A DNA stretch of 62,898 nt, counting the filler. It is 13 parts of 13 records of this genome, joined end to end, with 100 filler letters (N's around TTAATTAATTAA, not from the genome) between each part and the next. Parts side by side here need not be neighbours in the genome. Positions count along the whole stretch, not along the records: positions 15,563 to 22,633 come from SRR7504441_4607; positions 22,734 to 28,126 come from SRR7504441_4608; 11 more parts are not named here. One strand, 5' to 3'. Positions 15,799 through 27,628 of the stretch are shown piece by piece. Position numbers and translations under genes: made by a program. The notes below the pieces were generated by a model. That model did no database searches, was not told the DNA's origin, and saw nothing but the letters and a program-made list of their open reading frames with translations. The first letter of the stretch is position 1, and each line of letters opens with the position of its first letter.

Positions 15799-18700
15799 TC
15801 AGGGGGTCCCAGGCAAGGACGAATAGCCGGTCGGAGCTTGCTTATGTCGCGAACACTTCAACAACTTGGCTAATGCGTGTGAGAGCTGCTCAAGCGAATG
15901 AAACATGCCATGCACATGCCATTGCAGAAACAAGAGCAGTAGCGTTGCACACAGGTATGCGAATCCAAATGACGGCGCCACTGCAATGCCAAATTCATTC
16001 TGCACTCCTGTACTCCAGCAGTCAGTAAGCGCGGCAGCAATCGAGCGCAACCTTCAGAGTAGCAACTGTGCCTGTATTTGTCGATATCGTAGCCATGAAT
16101 CAAGCCGACCATAGAGAGAAGTGAGGCCAGCAAAGTCCATGCGGCTGCGCTCTCGAACTCGCGATCGATAATGAACACCATGCAGGCTGACCAAATGATT
16201 GACGTAAAGAGGTATCCCTGCAACAGACCACTCAGCAGCTGCAGGCTAGCTGACAGCCCACCTGGGATAGCGCAACTATCCCGTCCAGGTACAATCCAGA
16301 CCCAAACTTCTGACTGAGTTGGTCCCACGAGGCACAGTTTGGCTGTTTGGGCTGGAGCTGTTCGAATACATTGGCCGTTTCAGAAATAATGGAGAAGCCC
16401 CAGCCTGCGAGGCAAGGCACCAGCCCGACCTGTGCCCAGCAGGCTCACCAGGAGTGTTTAATGAGGCCGTACCACAACAGCCAGCCCGTGGGCCTTTCGA
16501 GAGTGTAAGTCCTCGTCAAAAGCCAGCGCAGTGATGACAACACCGATCCATACAAGCAGCCCAACGGCGACCTCTGTTGGAATGTAGCGCACTGCAGCAC
16601 AAGAGGGTGTCAGGTGGGACAGTCACGTGGCTGAGCGCTCACAGAATAGAACGCCAGCATTGACCATAGCAGCTAGCAACGTGAGTACGCCGTTGACCAC
16701 TGAATATCCGGACCTCGCCCCCATAGACTTGTAAGCCGCATGCCCGACATAAATGCATCCAGGGAACGGATTTCCGAGCAGAGCAGAGAGAGTATTGGTA
16801 GCACCAACCAGAATCATCGTGGTGCGAGCATTGTAAGTGTCACCGACAACTCCGGCCGCATCGCAGTTTACAAAGTCGTTCACTGCGTTTTGTAGTGCCA
16901 GTGGCAGAATTACACCAATGTATTGCCACCCTGATCCTCGTTCAAATACACGAATCAGCCTGCTTATTTGAGGGATAGGCAAGTAAGGGTATTCCAGACT
17001 GTATGCGGCTGAGTCATTTGGCGCAAAAACAGGATCCAACGCCGTGAACCCGGCCTGTGAGAGGCCATAGCTTCCCCACGCGATGATCATGCCGATGATC
17101 ATGGCTGCGAGGGTGCCTGGGCACGAAAACGGGAGCAAAATGCCACTCCCATATGCACAGAGGATGATCACAAGAGGAGCCAGGGCAGTGACCGGTTTGG
17201 CAAACATCTGCAGCCGCCTAGTCAGGTAAAGGCGGCGCAGGCGGGGCGCTGACCTCGAACGCGAACCCCATCGAAATGAAAGAAATAGAGACCCCAGCCA
17301 AGCAGGAGAGCAGCGCAGCCCTGGGGATCAGTCGACGCAGGGGCTCGATGGTGAACGCGAAGCCAATCTCGAGCAGTCCAGTCATGAAGCATGCAAATAC
17401 GCCCACATCAATCGCGTCATCAACCTTGGCAGTCCTGTTGTATTCGATAGCCATCACTGAGTACGTGAATGGGAGCGTGAGCACCACGTTGATCCCGAAT
17501 GGCATGGCCATATGGTCAGCGTCGCCCAGCGCCGACATTAGCCGACGGCACATCCAGGCGCACCACATGTTGCCCACAAATACGCACACCGCCGTTGCCG
17601 GAATCAGCTCTTTTACGATATACCCCGGCTTGGTGTCAGCTCCAAAAGAAGTCGTGATGGTCAAATAGAGAACAAAACCTGCCTCGCCCCTGAGACCTCG
17701 CCGGTGGCACCGCACCGATGATCGTGTTGGTGAATAGCGCGACACAGCCGTTCACGTCCCCTGTCACGCAGTGCCGTGGCTGCCGAAGGCTCTCTGTCGA
17801 ATCCAGCTCAAGCCGGTCCTGTGAGGCCTCCAGATCGCCTTCAGTCACAGGCCCCACCACGCAGCACGAGTGAGACCCTCCGGCTGCGATCGTCTTGACT
17901 GCCAGCGTGTCCAGGGTCTCGACTGGCGCGAAGCTGGTCCGCCGTCGAGTGTCTTGCAGACCCAGCTCTCCATCTTGCCCCCAGCCAGCGGAGAGTACTC
18001 GCCCATTGTCTAGCATTACGAGCGTGTGCTTCCGGCCACTGGCCACCTGGGCCACCCCGGACTCGATCACCTTGACCGGGGCGTACACCACTCGGCCGGC
18101 CGAGCCCAGCCCAAGTTGGTAGTATGCGTTCCATCCCCAACACCACAGCGCGCCATCCAGATCAATCCCAAACGAGCTGTGGTCTCCGCACGTGAGGCTA
18201 GCCACCCGGTCCATCAGCGCGAGCGGGCTAGCGCTGCTCAGCGTGTCCGTGCCCAGTCCGAGCTGCCCGACGTCCCCGCATCCCCACACCATTAGCTGTC
18301 CGGACTGCGTGAGCGCCGCGCTGTGCCTCCAGCCGGCCGCGACAGCAGTCACCTGCTCCAATCCCGGAATCTGCTGCGGTGTGAGCACGCGGGAGCCATC
18401 GGCTTCCACCCCCACTTGGCCGTCGGAGGTCTGTCCGAACCCCCAGCAGCTCCCATCGCGACAGACCACGAGCGAATGCTCGCCTCCAGCTGCAGCGCAG
18501 ATGGCACTCCTGCCTTCGCCGCCAAAGCCTGGTATCCGGCGAGGCTTGGTGCACTCGGTGCAATTGCCCAGCCCGAGCTGCCCTTCCGCATTTGCGCCCC
18601 ATCCGAACGCCCGGCCCTCCTCGGAGACTGCGCCCCTGACTCAGCCGCCGGTGCGCCAGCCGGGTTTACCGCAGATAACGTGTTCAGCCCGGCAAGCCAC

Positions 18701-19178
18701 GCTGAGCACCTTGACCGAGAGCAATCCGTCGATCACCCGCGGGTACCCGAGCAGCAACGCCTCGGGGCCGTGTCCCAGCCCACCAGACACGCCCCTGCCG
18801 CAGCTGTACAGCATGCCGTCGTCAGTGAGCATTAGCGTGCAGCAGCGGCCGCAGGCTGCGGCAGTGACCACGTCATCGGCAACGTCGTTGCTCACCAGTG
18901 CGGGCGAGAGCACATTATCGAATGGGGGCCCGAGCCCCAGCTGGCCGTAGGCTGCCCCCCCGGGTCAGTTTGAATCGGGAAGGGCCGACTCACCGTTCCA
19001 GCCCCAGGTGAGCAACGCGCCGTCCGGCGGCGAGAGGCTGCTGACCGAGCTCCGGGTGTTCAGCAGGCTCGCCCGGGACTCGAGCACCCCGACCAGCGAG
19101 CCACTTCGGCCGTGACCTCCAGGCATTGGCCACCGCCTTGTTCAAGTGCTCGTTGTCCGTTGGCTGGACGATCTGCAT
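15799..19178 (-). CDS. RCC1-repeat domain fused to an NCS2-like (xanthine/uracil/vitamin C) permease, multi-exon
   Basis: RCC1 repeats (WGWNAYYQLGLG, VAAGWRHS, ASGRKHT) run in one ORF (17636-18469) into GDVNGCVALFTN. Permease motifs AMPFGIN, IPRAALLSCLAG, GNPFPGCIYVGHAAYKSMGARSGYS, QGYLFTSIIW..GLIH. Confidence 0.8.
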
Positions 19179-19205
19179 GGCTGGGATATGACTTGATGCG
19201 GCCGT

Positions 19206-21735
19206 GTGCGCTGGCGGCTGGCGGTGCTGCTCCCACTGCTCGCCGTGGCAGCGCAGCCGACGGACCTGACGGTCGCCTGTGGCCCATCCGGCCGGCGTCA
19301 CCGGTTCGGGCAGGCCAAGGCCTCGCTGGCACGGCGGGAGGAGCACAAGATCTCCCAGGAGGCCTCGGCCGCCGAGCGCAAGGTGCGGGCGATCCGCCAA
19401 CGGAACCAAGCGTCGGCGGCCACGTTTGCCCGGTGCGCACGGGTGCCTTCTGAGCTCAGCGGGCGGGCGCAGGCGGGAACGGTTCCTGCAAGCCGAGCTG
19501 CGGGCCGAGGCCGACACGGAGCCCCCGAGCCGGGTGGCGACCGCAGAGGACTTGGATCCGGCCTGCGGGTACCAACGGACTATTCAGAAGGCGACCCGGC
19601 AGTTCCTGTCAGCCTCGATGAAGCTGCGGCGAAAGTATCCGCGGTGCAGGCAGGCCGTGTACTCAAAAGGGACTCAGAAGGAGGCTGCCGCGCTGCTCCG
19701 TCGCATGGCGAACGACACGTCCCGCGTGCAAGCTCGCAGCAAAGCTTTTGGCGCGGGACAGGATACACTGTGGCCTACACTCACCTCTCTAGCCTCTCGG
19801 TACTGTGCGGGCAAGTCTGCGCAGGAAGCAACATTCTGTCAGCTCCTACAAACACTCAACCAGCTGTATGCATCGCAGTCGCACGGATTTCAGGTGGTCC
19901 TAAAGGACGTAGTGTTGCACTATTGCGGCAAGGTGCGCAGAACACCACAGCCATGGCATTTGTCTCACCAACAGTCAGCAGCAATGACGTTTGACACCAT
20001 CCACGGTGTGCTTCAGAGTTATTGCAGCACGGGAGTGGCCAGGGCCGATGACCAGCTCGGGCCCCGTGGGACAGATTGCGATTCATCCTCGGACCACAGA
20101 GAGCTTGGCGCGAGTGTGCTTGACGATGCCGCTGTCAGCGCAGCAGGGACCTACCTGCAGCGAGTCCAGAGGATAATCTCAGATCTCACCAAACTGTGCA
20201 AGCATGACGACAACTGCGGACTCACGAAGTCTTTGCTTAAGGGCATCAACTCAACTGCATTTCAAGCACAGGAGTCGAACGACTACACTAACCACAAGGC
20301 TTACATCAAAGGCCTGATGGACCAGTACTGCTCTGAACAATCAGACCGCCAGATCTGTGCCTCATTAAAGGGGCTCTTAAAGCACACACCTGCCGGCGCC
20401 CGCCAGGAGACGTCTGCAAATAGTGAAGGTGGGTTGGAGAGCAAGGTGGCCATCCTGGCTGAGAAGTCTAAAGCAGCTGTAAACGCTGCAAATGCCAAAG
20501 CTGCTGCGCTGAAGCGGCAATTAGACCTGGAGGTTGCTAGACTGCGCAGTGTTACTCCTGATGACCCAAAGGCGGAGACTGTCACCTACCCTATGCACTC
20601 TTCAGTGCTTGCCATCTTACGAACAGAAAAAGAAATTCCCATTCTACGAACAGAAAAAGAAACTCCATGTAAAGGTAGCAACATGGAGGGGATATTCTGT
20701 GCGCTTTTCCGTGGAGTGCAGGTGCTGCTCCGGAAGGCTGAGGCTTCTGGAGATTATGACGAATTTGATGTTTATGTAAAGAAGCTCCGCGATCGATTCT
20801 GTGGACAGTCGCACTCAGGTAGATGCAGCATATTCCCACTTCTGCTACGGCACAGCAAACGGGCAACTTTGCACGGGAGTGAGCCCATTATTTCGCCGAA
20901 TGAAGAGCGATGCTCGGTATTGCATGGTCTTCAAAATCAAGCCAGATCAATAATATCTGGCGCTGACCTGGGCGAGGCTGCTGCAGTGGAGACCTCTTAT
21001 GATGAAAAACTTCTGAAGTCCATGAGGAGCGCTGTTGACTTTTATAATGCATCTTCGGGGGATTGGTCGCCGATGCAGCTACCAGCAATGCAAATGTGTC
21101 AAACATACCGCACTGAAATGAAAAGACTCGTCGAACAGCACACTAAAAGTACTCGACAGGCAACGCAAAGGTTGATGAGACGCACTTCCTCAGGCAAGAG
21201 GAAGGTCAGCAGCATGCTTGGGAAAATGGAGAAGGATCACTGTGGAAGTTCATACAACTCAGTATTTTGTCAGCTGGTCACTGGGCTAGGCCAGGTCTAC
21301 CTGAAGTCTAGCAAGACGTGTGACCTGCAACAGCACAACCAGTTCAAGGCACTACTCCAGCGGCTACTGGGCCATTTTTGTGACACAGATGAAACTCTGC
21401 GTGAGTCAGTAAGCTCCGAGCACAGCGCACTCAAAAGTCTGTGCGGCCAAAGCAAGAGCAAGCGCTGCGAACTTTTGCAACAGCTTGCAACAACAGTGAA
21501 GCTGGCTGACTCAACATTGCCCAAAAGGAATCTACAGGGCTTTGAATCTGGTCTAAGTTCACTTGTTCCACAGTTCTGCTTTCCGAACGCATCAGCTGAT
21601 GTTGCCGCTTGCTCTGGCCTGCAGACCTTTTGGAGACAGTGCCAGCGCAACCATCTTCCTCAACAAACTATTGTCATCCTTATCCGAACTTGCAATAATA
21701 TCCTCACTCTTGGCCTGGTCGAGATTGTAGTGTAG
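19206..21735 (+). CDS. Putative secreted helical protein with repeated Cys-X5-10-Cys modules
   Basis: Signal-like RWRLAVLLPLLAVAA, two short introns, then a long ORF with YCAGKSAQEATFC, YCSEQSDRQIC, FCGQSHSGRC, HCGSSYNSVFC, LCGQSKSKRC. Start codon unclear. Confidence 0.7.
20614..20667 (+). repeat. 27-nt in-frame tandem duplication (ILRTEKEIP/ILRTEKETP)
   Basis: atcttacgaacagaaaaagaaattccc followed by attctacgaacagaaaaagaaactcca. Confidence 0.85.
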
Positions 21736-22542
21736 ACAAAGCCTGCGAATCTCATCCACCGAGATCTTCCCCGAGCGGTCCTCATCCATCTCTAAGAAGG
21801 CCTTGCTCAAAGATGTGAACCTCTGCTCCAGCTTCTCCACCAGTTGCTCTTTGGTTGGCTCGCACCGTTGAGCCATCAACTCGCGGCAGTGTGCGACCAG
21901 GACTCGAAACTTAGGCGCGCCAATCTGCGAGCACACCATGACCAGGAGCTTTCGCAGCTCGCTCCCAGGCATCTTTGATCCGTCGCCATATTCTTCGAGC
22001 AGGCCCTTGGCTTCACTTTCCACTGCCTCCGCATCAGGCTCCTCGCCCTCCAGTTTCAGCAGCGTTGTCTGAAAAGTGATAAGCTCTGCCAGGTCGATAT
22101 CGCTGTCTCGATTGGCATCCACTGCATCGACCACAAGGTCAAAACTCTCGTTAGGAAAGCTGTACATCAGGGCTGCCTCGTTGCCGTCGGAGCCCTCAAG
22201 CTTCCAGTTCTGGCCGAGCACACTTGCCATGTACTCCCGGAAGCAGATAGCACCATTTTCATCGGCGTCAAATTCGGCCATGAACACCTGGAACTGCTGG
22301 GCGGTCGGCTCGGCGCCGAGCTGGCCGGTCAGCATCATGTGGACCTGCTCTGAGTCTAGTTGGCCGGTGCCCTGGGTGTCCAGCTTGAGGAAATCGGCAT
22401 AGTAAACGTCGTACTCGGACTGGCTGATGACACGCCCGGTGTCGCCTTCGCCTGCGGGCGCCTCATTTCCAGCAGCAGCCGCCACCGCCTCTGCTGCCGG
22501 TGCCTCCTCTGATGCCATCGCAGCCGACTCAACGTTAGCCAA
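21592..22542 (-). CDS. Multi-EF-hand calcium-binding protein
   Basis: DTQGTGQLDSEQ, DADENGAICFRE, DANRDSDIDLAE, DEDRSGKISVDE. Confidence 0.85.
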   Translation of the reverse strand: MANVESAAMASEEAPAAEAVAAAAGNEAPAGEGDTGRVISQSEYDVYYADFLKLDTQGTGQLDSEQVHMMLTGQLGAEPTAQQFQVFMAEFDADENGAICFREYMASVLGQNWKLEGSDGNEAALMYSFPNESFDLVVDAVDANRDSDIDLAELITFQTTLLKLEGEEPDAEAVESEAKGLLEEYGDGSKMPGSELRKLLVMVCSQIGAPKFRVLVAHCRELMAQRCEPTKEQLVEKLEQRFTSLSKAFLEMDEDRSGKISVDEIRRLCLHYNLDQAKSEDIIASSDKDDNSLLRKMVALALSPKGLQARASGNIS

Positions 22543-22789
22543 GGATAGGACTCAAACGGAAATCCGTTGGTTATTACACGATGCACCAGGATGGAGACAT
22601 CGAGGAGCAGACCGACTTCTGCGACGATGCCTTNNNNNNNNNNNNNNNNNNNNNNNNNNNNNNNNNNNNNNNNNNNNTTAATTAATTAANNNNNNNNNNN
22701 NNNNNNNNNNNNNNNNNNNNNNNNNNNNNNNNNGGAACCCTGGGTGCTGCAAGCTCTTTTGCACCGCGCGTTTTACTTTGGCGGTAAGG

Positions 22790-24196
22790 ATGGTCGTACT
22801 ACGCGGAACAGTGGTGTGCTTCGTGGGACTGCTCCTCGGCGCCGCGGGGCTGATCCTTCCGCTGCGGCGGCCATTACCACCGCCAGTGCCGGTGCTACCC
22901 TACGAGGTGCACTGGTTCAACCAGAGTCTGGACCACTTCAATCCAGAGCGAGCCGAGCTGTTCGGCCAGCGCTTCCTGATCAACCGGACCCACTGGCAGC
23001 CCGGCCGGCCGATACTCGTCTTCACGGGCGCAGAGGGTGGCGACATCACTCGCGTCTGCACTGGCTACGGCCAGGCCGTCGAGCGGGCCGGCTCAATGGG
23101 CGCGATGCTCGTGTTCATGGAGATGCGCTTCTTCGGCCAGAGCGTGCCGCCGTTCGCCGAGCCGCTAGCCGACAGTCCGGACAGAGCGGGGCTGCTCACC
23201 ATCGACCAGGCCCTGGCCGATTACGCCGCGATCATCCGGCGCATCCGCACGGAGTATGGCGGCTGGGCGAGCTCGGTGGTGGCGTTCGGCGGGTCGCTCG
23301 CGGGCAGTTTGGCGGCCTGGATGCGGCTCAAGTGGCCGGCGCTGGTGGACATGGCTATCTCGTCGTCTAGCCCGCAGCTCGGATACCCAGGTTTGGTCTC
23401 TCAGTTTGCCTGGCGGAGTCAGCTCACAGCCAATTTTGAGCAGCTTGCTACCGGATGTCCGCAGCTGGTCAGGCGGGCGTTCGCTGGGCTGAGCTCGGCT
23501 TCGGCTGCGCAGGTACAGCAGCGGTACAACATCTGCGAGCGGCCGTACCCTGCGCTTGTGGGTGACGTGCAGAGCGTGGCGTGGTCTCAGCTCGAGTCGC
23601 TAGGTGAGTTTGTGTATCCAGTGCATCAATCCGGAATCCCAGCCGCCTGCCAACGGATGGCCAATGCGAGCGAGGATTGGCTGATCTTCCGCGGACTGAT
23701 TGGCCCGCCGGCCCAGCCAGGCTGCTTCAACCTAACTGCGCACACTGAACAGGGTCCGGGTGCTCGAGCCTGGCTCTACCTGGCTTGCACGGCCATCACC
23801 CACCCCATTGGGGCTAACAACGTGACCGACATGTTCCCTCCATCCAACTGGACGGTGCCCGGGCTCAGGGCACAGTGTGCCTCAGAGGGCTGGCCTCGAG
23901 CTGTGGTCGATCCGGGCAGGATACCGGCTGAGATGGGGCTGGACCACTTGGATCGGTTGGCTGGCCAGCTGAGCAAGGTCGTGTTCGTCTATGGCGGACT
24001 CGACCCCTGGCACACGCTCGGACTGAAATACGCGCTATCTGCGTCGCTACCGGTGGTGAGGATTCCGGACGGCTCGCACTGTGCCGACATGGAGGCCTCG
24101 CGGCAGGACGATACCGCGACAATGAAGGCAGGGAGGGACCAAGCGTGGGGCTATATTCAGCGTTGGCTTCAGCAATCGACTAGACAACCGAACTAG
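22790..24196 (+). CDS. Serine carboxypeptidase family S28 (PRCP/DPP7-like), intronless
   Basis: Signal peptide; FNQSLDHFN, EMRFFGQS, LTIDQALADYA, nucleophile FGGSLAGSLAAWMRLKWP, GGLDPW, SHCADM. Confidence 0.93.
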   Translation: MVVLRGTVVCFVGLLLGAAGLILPLRRPLPPPVPVLPYEVHWFNQSLDHFNPERAELFGQRFLINRTHWQPGRPILVFTGAEGGDITRVCTGYGQAVERAGSMGAMLVFMEMRFFGQSVPPFAEPLADSPDRAGLLTIDQALADYAAIIRRIRTEYGGWASSVVAFGGSLAGSLAAWMRLKWPALVDMAISSSSPQLGYPGLVSQFAWRSQLTANFEQLATGCPQLVRRAFAGLSSASAAQVQQRYNICERPYPALVGDVQSVAWSQLESLGEFVYPVHQSGIPAACQRMANASEDWLIFRGLIGPPAQPGCFNLTAHTEQGPGARAWLYLACTAITHPIGANNVTDMFPPSNWTVPGLRAQCASEGWPRAVVDPGRIPAEMGLDHLDRLAGQLSKVVFVYGGLDPWHTLGLKYALSASLPVVRIPDGSHCADMEASRQDDTATMKAGRDQAWGYIQRWLQQSTRQPN

Positions 24197-24277
24197 AGTA
24201 CTCACAGGACTTGTAAATCGTTTTTTGACTTGCTTGCTCTCTACTATGTAATAGCGAGCAGTAAGTTGTCTAAATAG

Positions 24278-27219
24278 CTACACTATCTCAGTTATTGTTT
24301 CGAGATTAGGCCGAGGTCGTCGTGGAGGTGCAGAGACTGCACCTTGCCGCAGTGAGGTGTTTGCTGGACGTGCAGTCTGGCTGCCTTCTCTGCTGCGGGA
24401 AGCTAATGGACTCCGCAGCTGCTCCATCACTTGAACGTGTGTGGTCTGCAACTTTTCAAACACTTGCTCGAGTAGCTGGGTGGCCTCGTCGTCGCTCGTG
24501 TTTGTGAACTGCTGCACCTTGAATGCAAACTCGAACGAGCGCTTGAGCCACGGCGACCACACCGGCGATCCCGTGTCACGTTGGACTAAGTACATTACCA
24601 CCATCATGTGAGCTTTGGCAAACAGCAAGCATCCAGCCTCAACCTGTAAGAGACAGCAGTCAATTGCAGGCGCTTGTGGTAGCTTGCCTGCGGTATTGAG
24701 CCGAAATCGAAGGGGATGGAATACTTGAAGAAGCGCGGGCGCATTTCTTCTTGGCTCTTCTTGAGGCTATCGACGACATTACTAGCCTTACTGAACTTCT
24801 CCATGCACCAATCCAGCCATTTCTCGCTCTGCGGCACATAGACACTCGACCACGGCAGGCTGATAGGCTTATACTACCTCCTTCTGCTCCTGCAACTCCG
24901 GCATGGGCTCTTGCTGCTTCAGCCTCCCAATCAACTCCGCCAGCCCCTGCTCCTGGTCCACAATCTGCCATCAAATAGCAGCTCAGTCACAGCCTCAGCC
25001 GACTGCCACACCGTCTGCATGGCCGCGTCTCGTTTCATCGCTTCTCTCAGTGAGGTCAACTTGTCTGCAGGCCAGTCTTTAAACTGTTTGAGCACCATAT
25101 TTTCATCCGACAGCGTCCCCAGGAACTTCTCGACCCGCAGCACCTGACTCACTGCCTGAACATTAAACCCCGCCCTGCAGCACCAGCTCTGCACACTGCT
25201 GCATCGTGCTGCCCTGAAAGCCTGCCAAACGCTGCTGAGAGGCCAATATGCATTGGGAGCTTATCTATGCCCATCCCCATGTCTAGCTATGCGCCTAAAT
25301 GCCAGCCCCAATACCAGAAATCTCGGTGACGAACCCCTCAATCGCAGCTTTGTGCTTGGTTGCGTCTGCTTGCACCTAACCGGTCGGTTCAGGCCTCACT
25401 CTGCAGGGCTCAGTGCCTGGCCGAATAGCTTGGACGACTGCTGCAGCTCGTCGATATGACTCTCAAATTGAGCTGGGGCCACGTCGCTCCCTGGACGTGA
25501 TCTTCTGGGAGTAGGGCCGCGCGGAGTGCGGAGGTTCATCTCATCGACCTTTTGCTTGAGGTACATACCCCACATGCTCTTCCATTTGACCTAGCCCCAC
25601 CCGGCGGTCAGTAGCCATAGCCCTACGGTTCTGCGCGGATAGCGGTGTGACGTGCCACAATATTAGGCCACGGGAGCTGGTGCTGTGCCGGCAGACTGGC
25701 GGCACCTTAGCCTCCTTGATAGTCTGCCAATCTGTCGGCACAGCACCAGTCTCCGAAGCCCCCGCACGAGTCGGCAGCATCTGGCCGCCTTTCCCTCTGG
25801 CAGGAGGTCCTTTGCCCTTGCCCTTCCCTTTCCCCCGGACGGGAAACGATGGTGGCAGAGCCCCGCCTTTCCCTTTCCCCTGTGCCACTGCCGTAGCCTT
25901 GGCCATGTTGATCGCTGGAACCTTGGGCGGCCGCGACACATTGGCCGGCGCTGGTGCAGCTGCAGGAGCCGCGCGGGCCGGCGGCTTCTGCTCCCGGGGC
26001 GACGGCTTGGCCTGCGCCCTGCCGCCAGCCTGCGACACTCCCGCACTGGGGGGCACCAGGTCTCAGGATTCGAGTGGAACGTGCCGACTGGCCCGGGGAT
26101 TTCAGCCTCACTCGCACTGGGCTCCGGCGCGTCCTCGCTGCTCTGGAACAAGCCCTCCACCAGGGAGTCCACGCTGGCCTGAACCACCTGCCCCCGGATC
26201 GGCTTGCTGGCTTGGCCTGCGGCTCGCCTCTTTGAAGCTCGGCTGGGTGAGTTGGATCAGCATTGCGTCTCGATAGTGGTTCTGAGCGATTCGAAGTTGG
26301 CAGGAGTCGAGCAGAACCTATCCGCAGCGGCTCGCTGGGCAATCCTAGACACTGCACCTGATGCATTGCCGACTGTGGCCGGCGGAGGTCTTTGGGCATC
26401 ATGCCGCACACTTCACAGTACACTCTGTCCATCGTGTCTAGAGCCTCGTGACCACACCTGCCCCAGATTGACCTCATCCGGAGCCAGGCTCCGACCTGGT
26501 GCAGCGCCAGGCCTCGTGCACAGCCGGCAGCGCCTCCAGTTCGTCCGCGTGAGCCACCAGCATTGATGTGGACTGGGCCAGCTGCGGCGACTCAGCGGCA
26601 CAGCTAACCGGCTGCAGACCTCGCTGGGCGGCACAGCCTCTTGCTCCACCTTCGCCATACTCCGCATCACCTGCACCGACACTGCGCCTCCCCCAGGGCG
26701 GCCAGGCACCTGGAGCGTGCCCGAACACTGACTGACCATCCGCAGCATCGCGTCGATCATCTCTGGCACCGTATCGGCCTCTTCACGCGCCCGAGTCAGC
26801 TGCCGCTCCAGCCCAGCTGCCCAGGCTCGCTGCCAGATCGACCAGCCGGGCACCAAAGTCCCCGCGATTGGTGCCGCTCCGCACGTGCATGGTCTTATAA
26901 GACTGTCGGCGCAGCTGCTCTCTCTCAAACCTGCCGCAGCCTCAGTCTCGAGCCTGCGGGTGCTCGCACCAGGGCGGAGCGCTGCAGCTGCTGTCGACGG
27001 CAGTCACTCCGTCTGTGCGCGGCTGCCCGGGCACTGGATCGACCGACAGCCCCAGCGAGTCGAGGCCATCTGGAGTGGTCTGCTCAGCGGCGTAGAATCC
27101 TCTGGGTTTGGCCTGCACCAGTGGCTGAGCAGGCGCCAGCGGCAGGCGGGTACAAAGAGGTCGCCGAACGGAAGAGACCAGGAGGTCTGGCTGTCCGATT
27201 CGTCCGCTTCAGCTGCCAT
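24278..27219 (-). CDS. Multi-exon protein with Pro/Gly/Lys-rich linker and CHUP1/IPGA1-like C-terminal domain
   Basis: Exons encode VQADATKHKAAIEGFVTEI, FLGTLSDENMVLKQFKDWPADKLTSLREA, RFFKYSIPFDF and FEFAFKVQQF, matching the order of plant CHUP1 C-terminal motifs. 5' end uncertain. Confidence 0.7.
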
Positions 27220-27628
27220 CTTGCCTGCGCACTGTCAGCTGCTTGCAGGTGCTCTGACAACCGCTGGATCGATAACGTACTTGAATCCAACGTTAACCAT
27301 GTAGATCTACTGATCTAAGCTTAGAGTACAGCTGTACAGCTCAGTACTGAGCTATCAGTCCGGCTGTATAGTAGACTCTACTCGCGATCGGCTCGTCCGA
27401 GGTCTAGATCCGTAGATCTACTCGTCCTCGTTCAGTTCTTGCTGAGCAGAGTGCTCAGCACGACAGCACACGATTGAGGGCACAAATAACGTATACTACA
27501 GCAGTTACTTACAGGTATACGAGTACGTACATTCAATGTCATGACTTGTATCGGTAATTGTAAAACAACAATCTGTACTAAGTGCATCGGTGCAGATTCA
27601 ATGCAATGGGACATCAACCAACTGGTGC

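Noticed and set aside
23280-23320. GGSLAG instead of GGSYGG in the S28 peptidase as a sign of inactivation
   Set aside because: GxSxxG is kept with the nucleophile Ser, and the Asp and His motifs are intact
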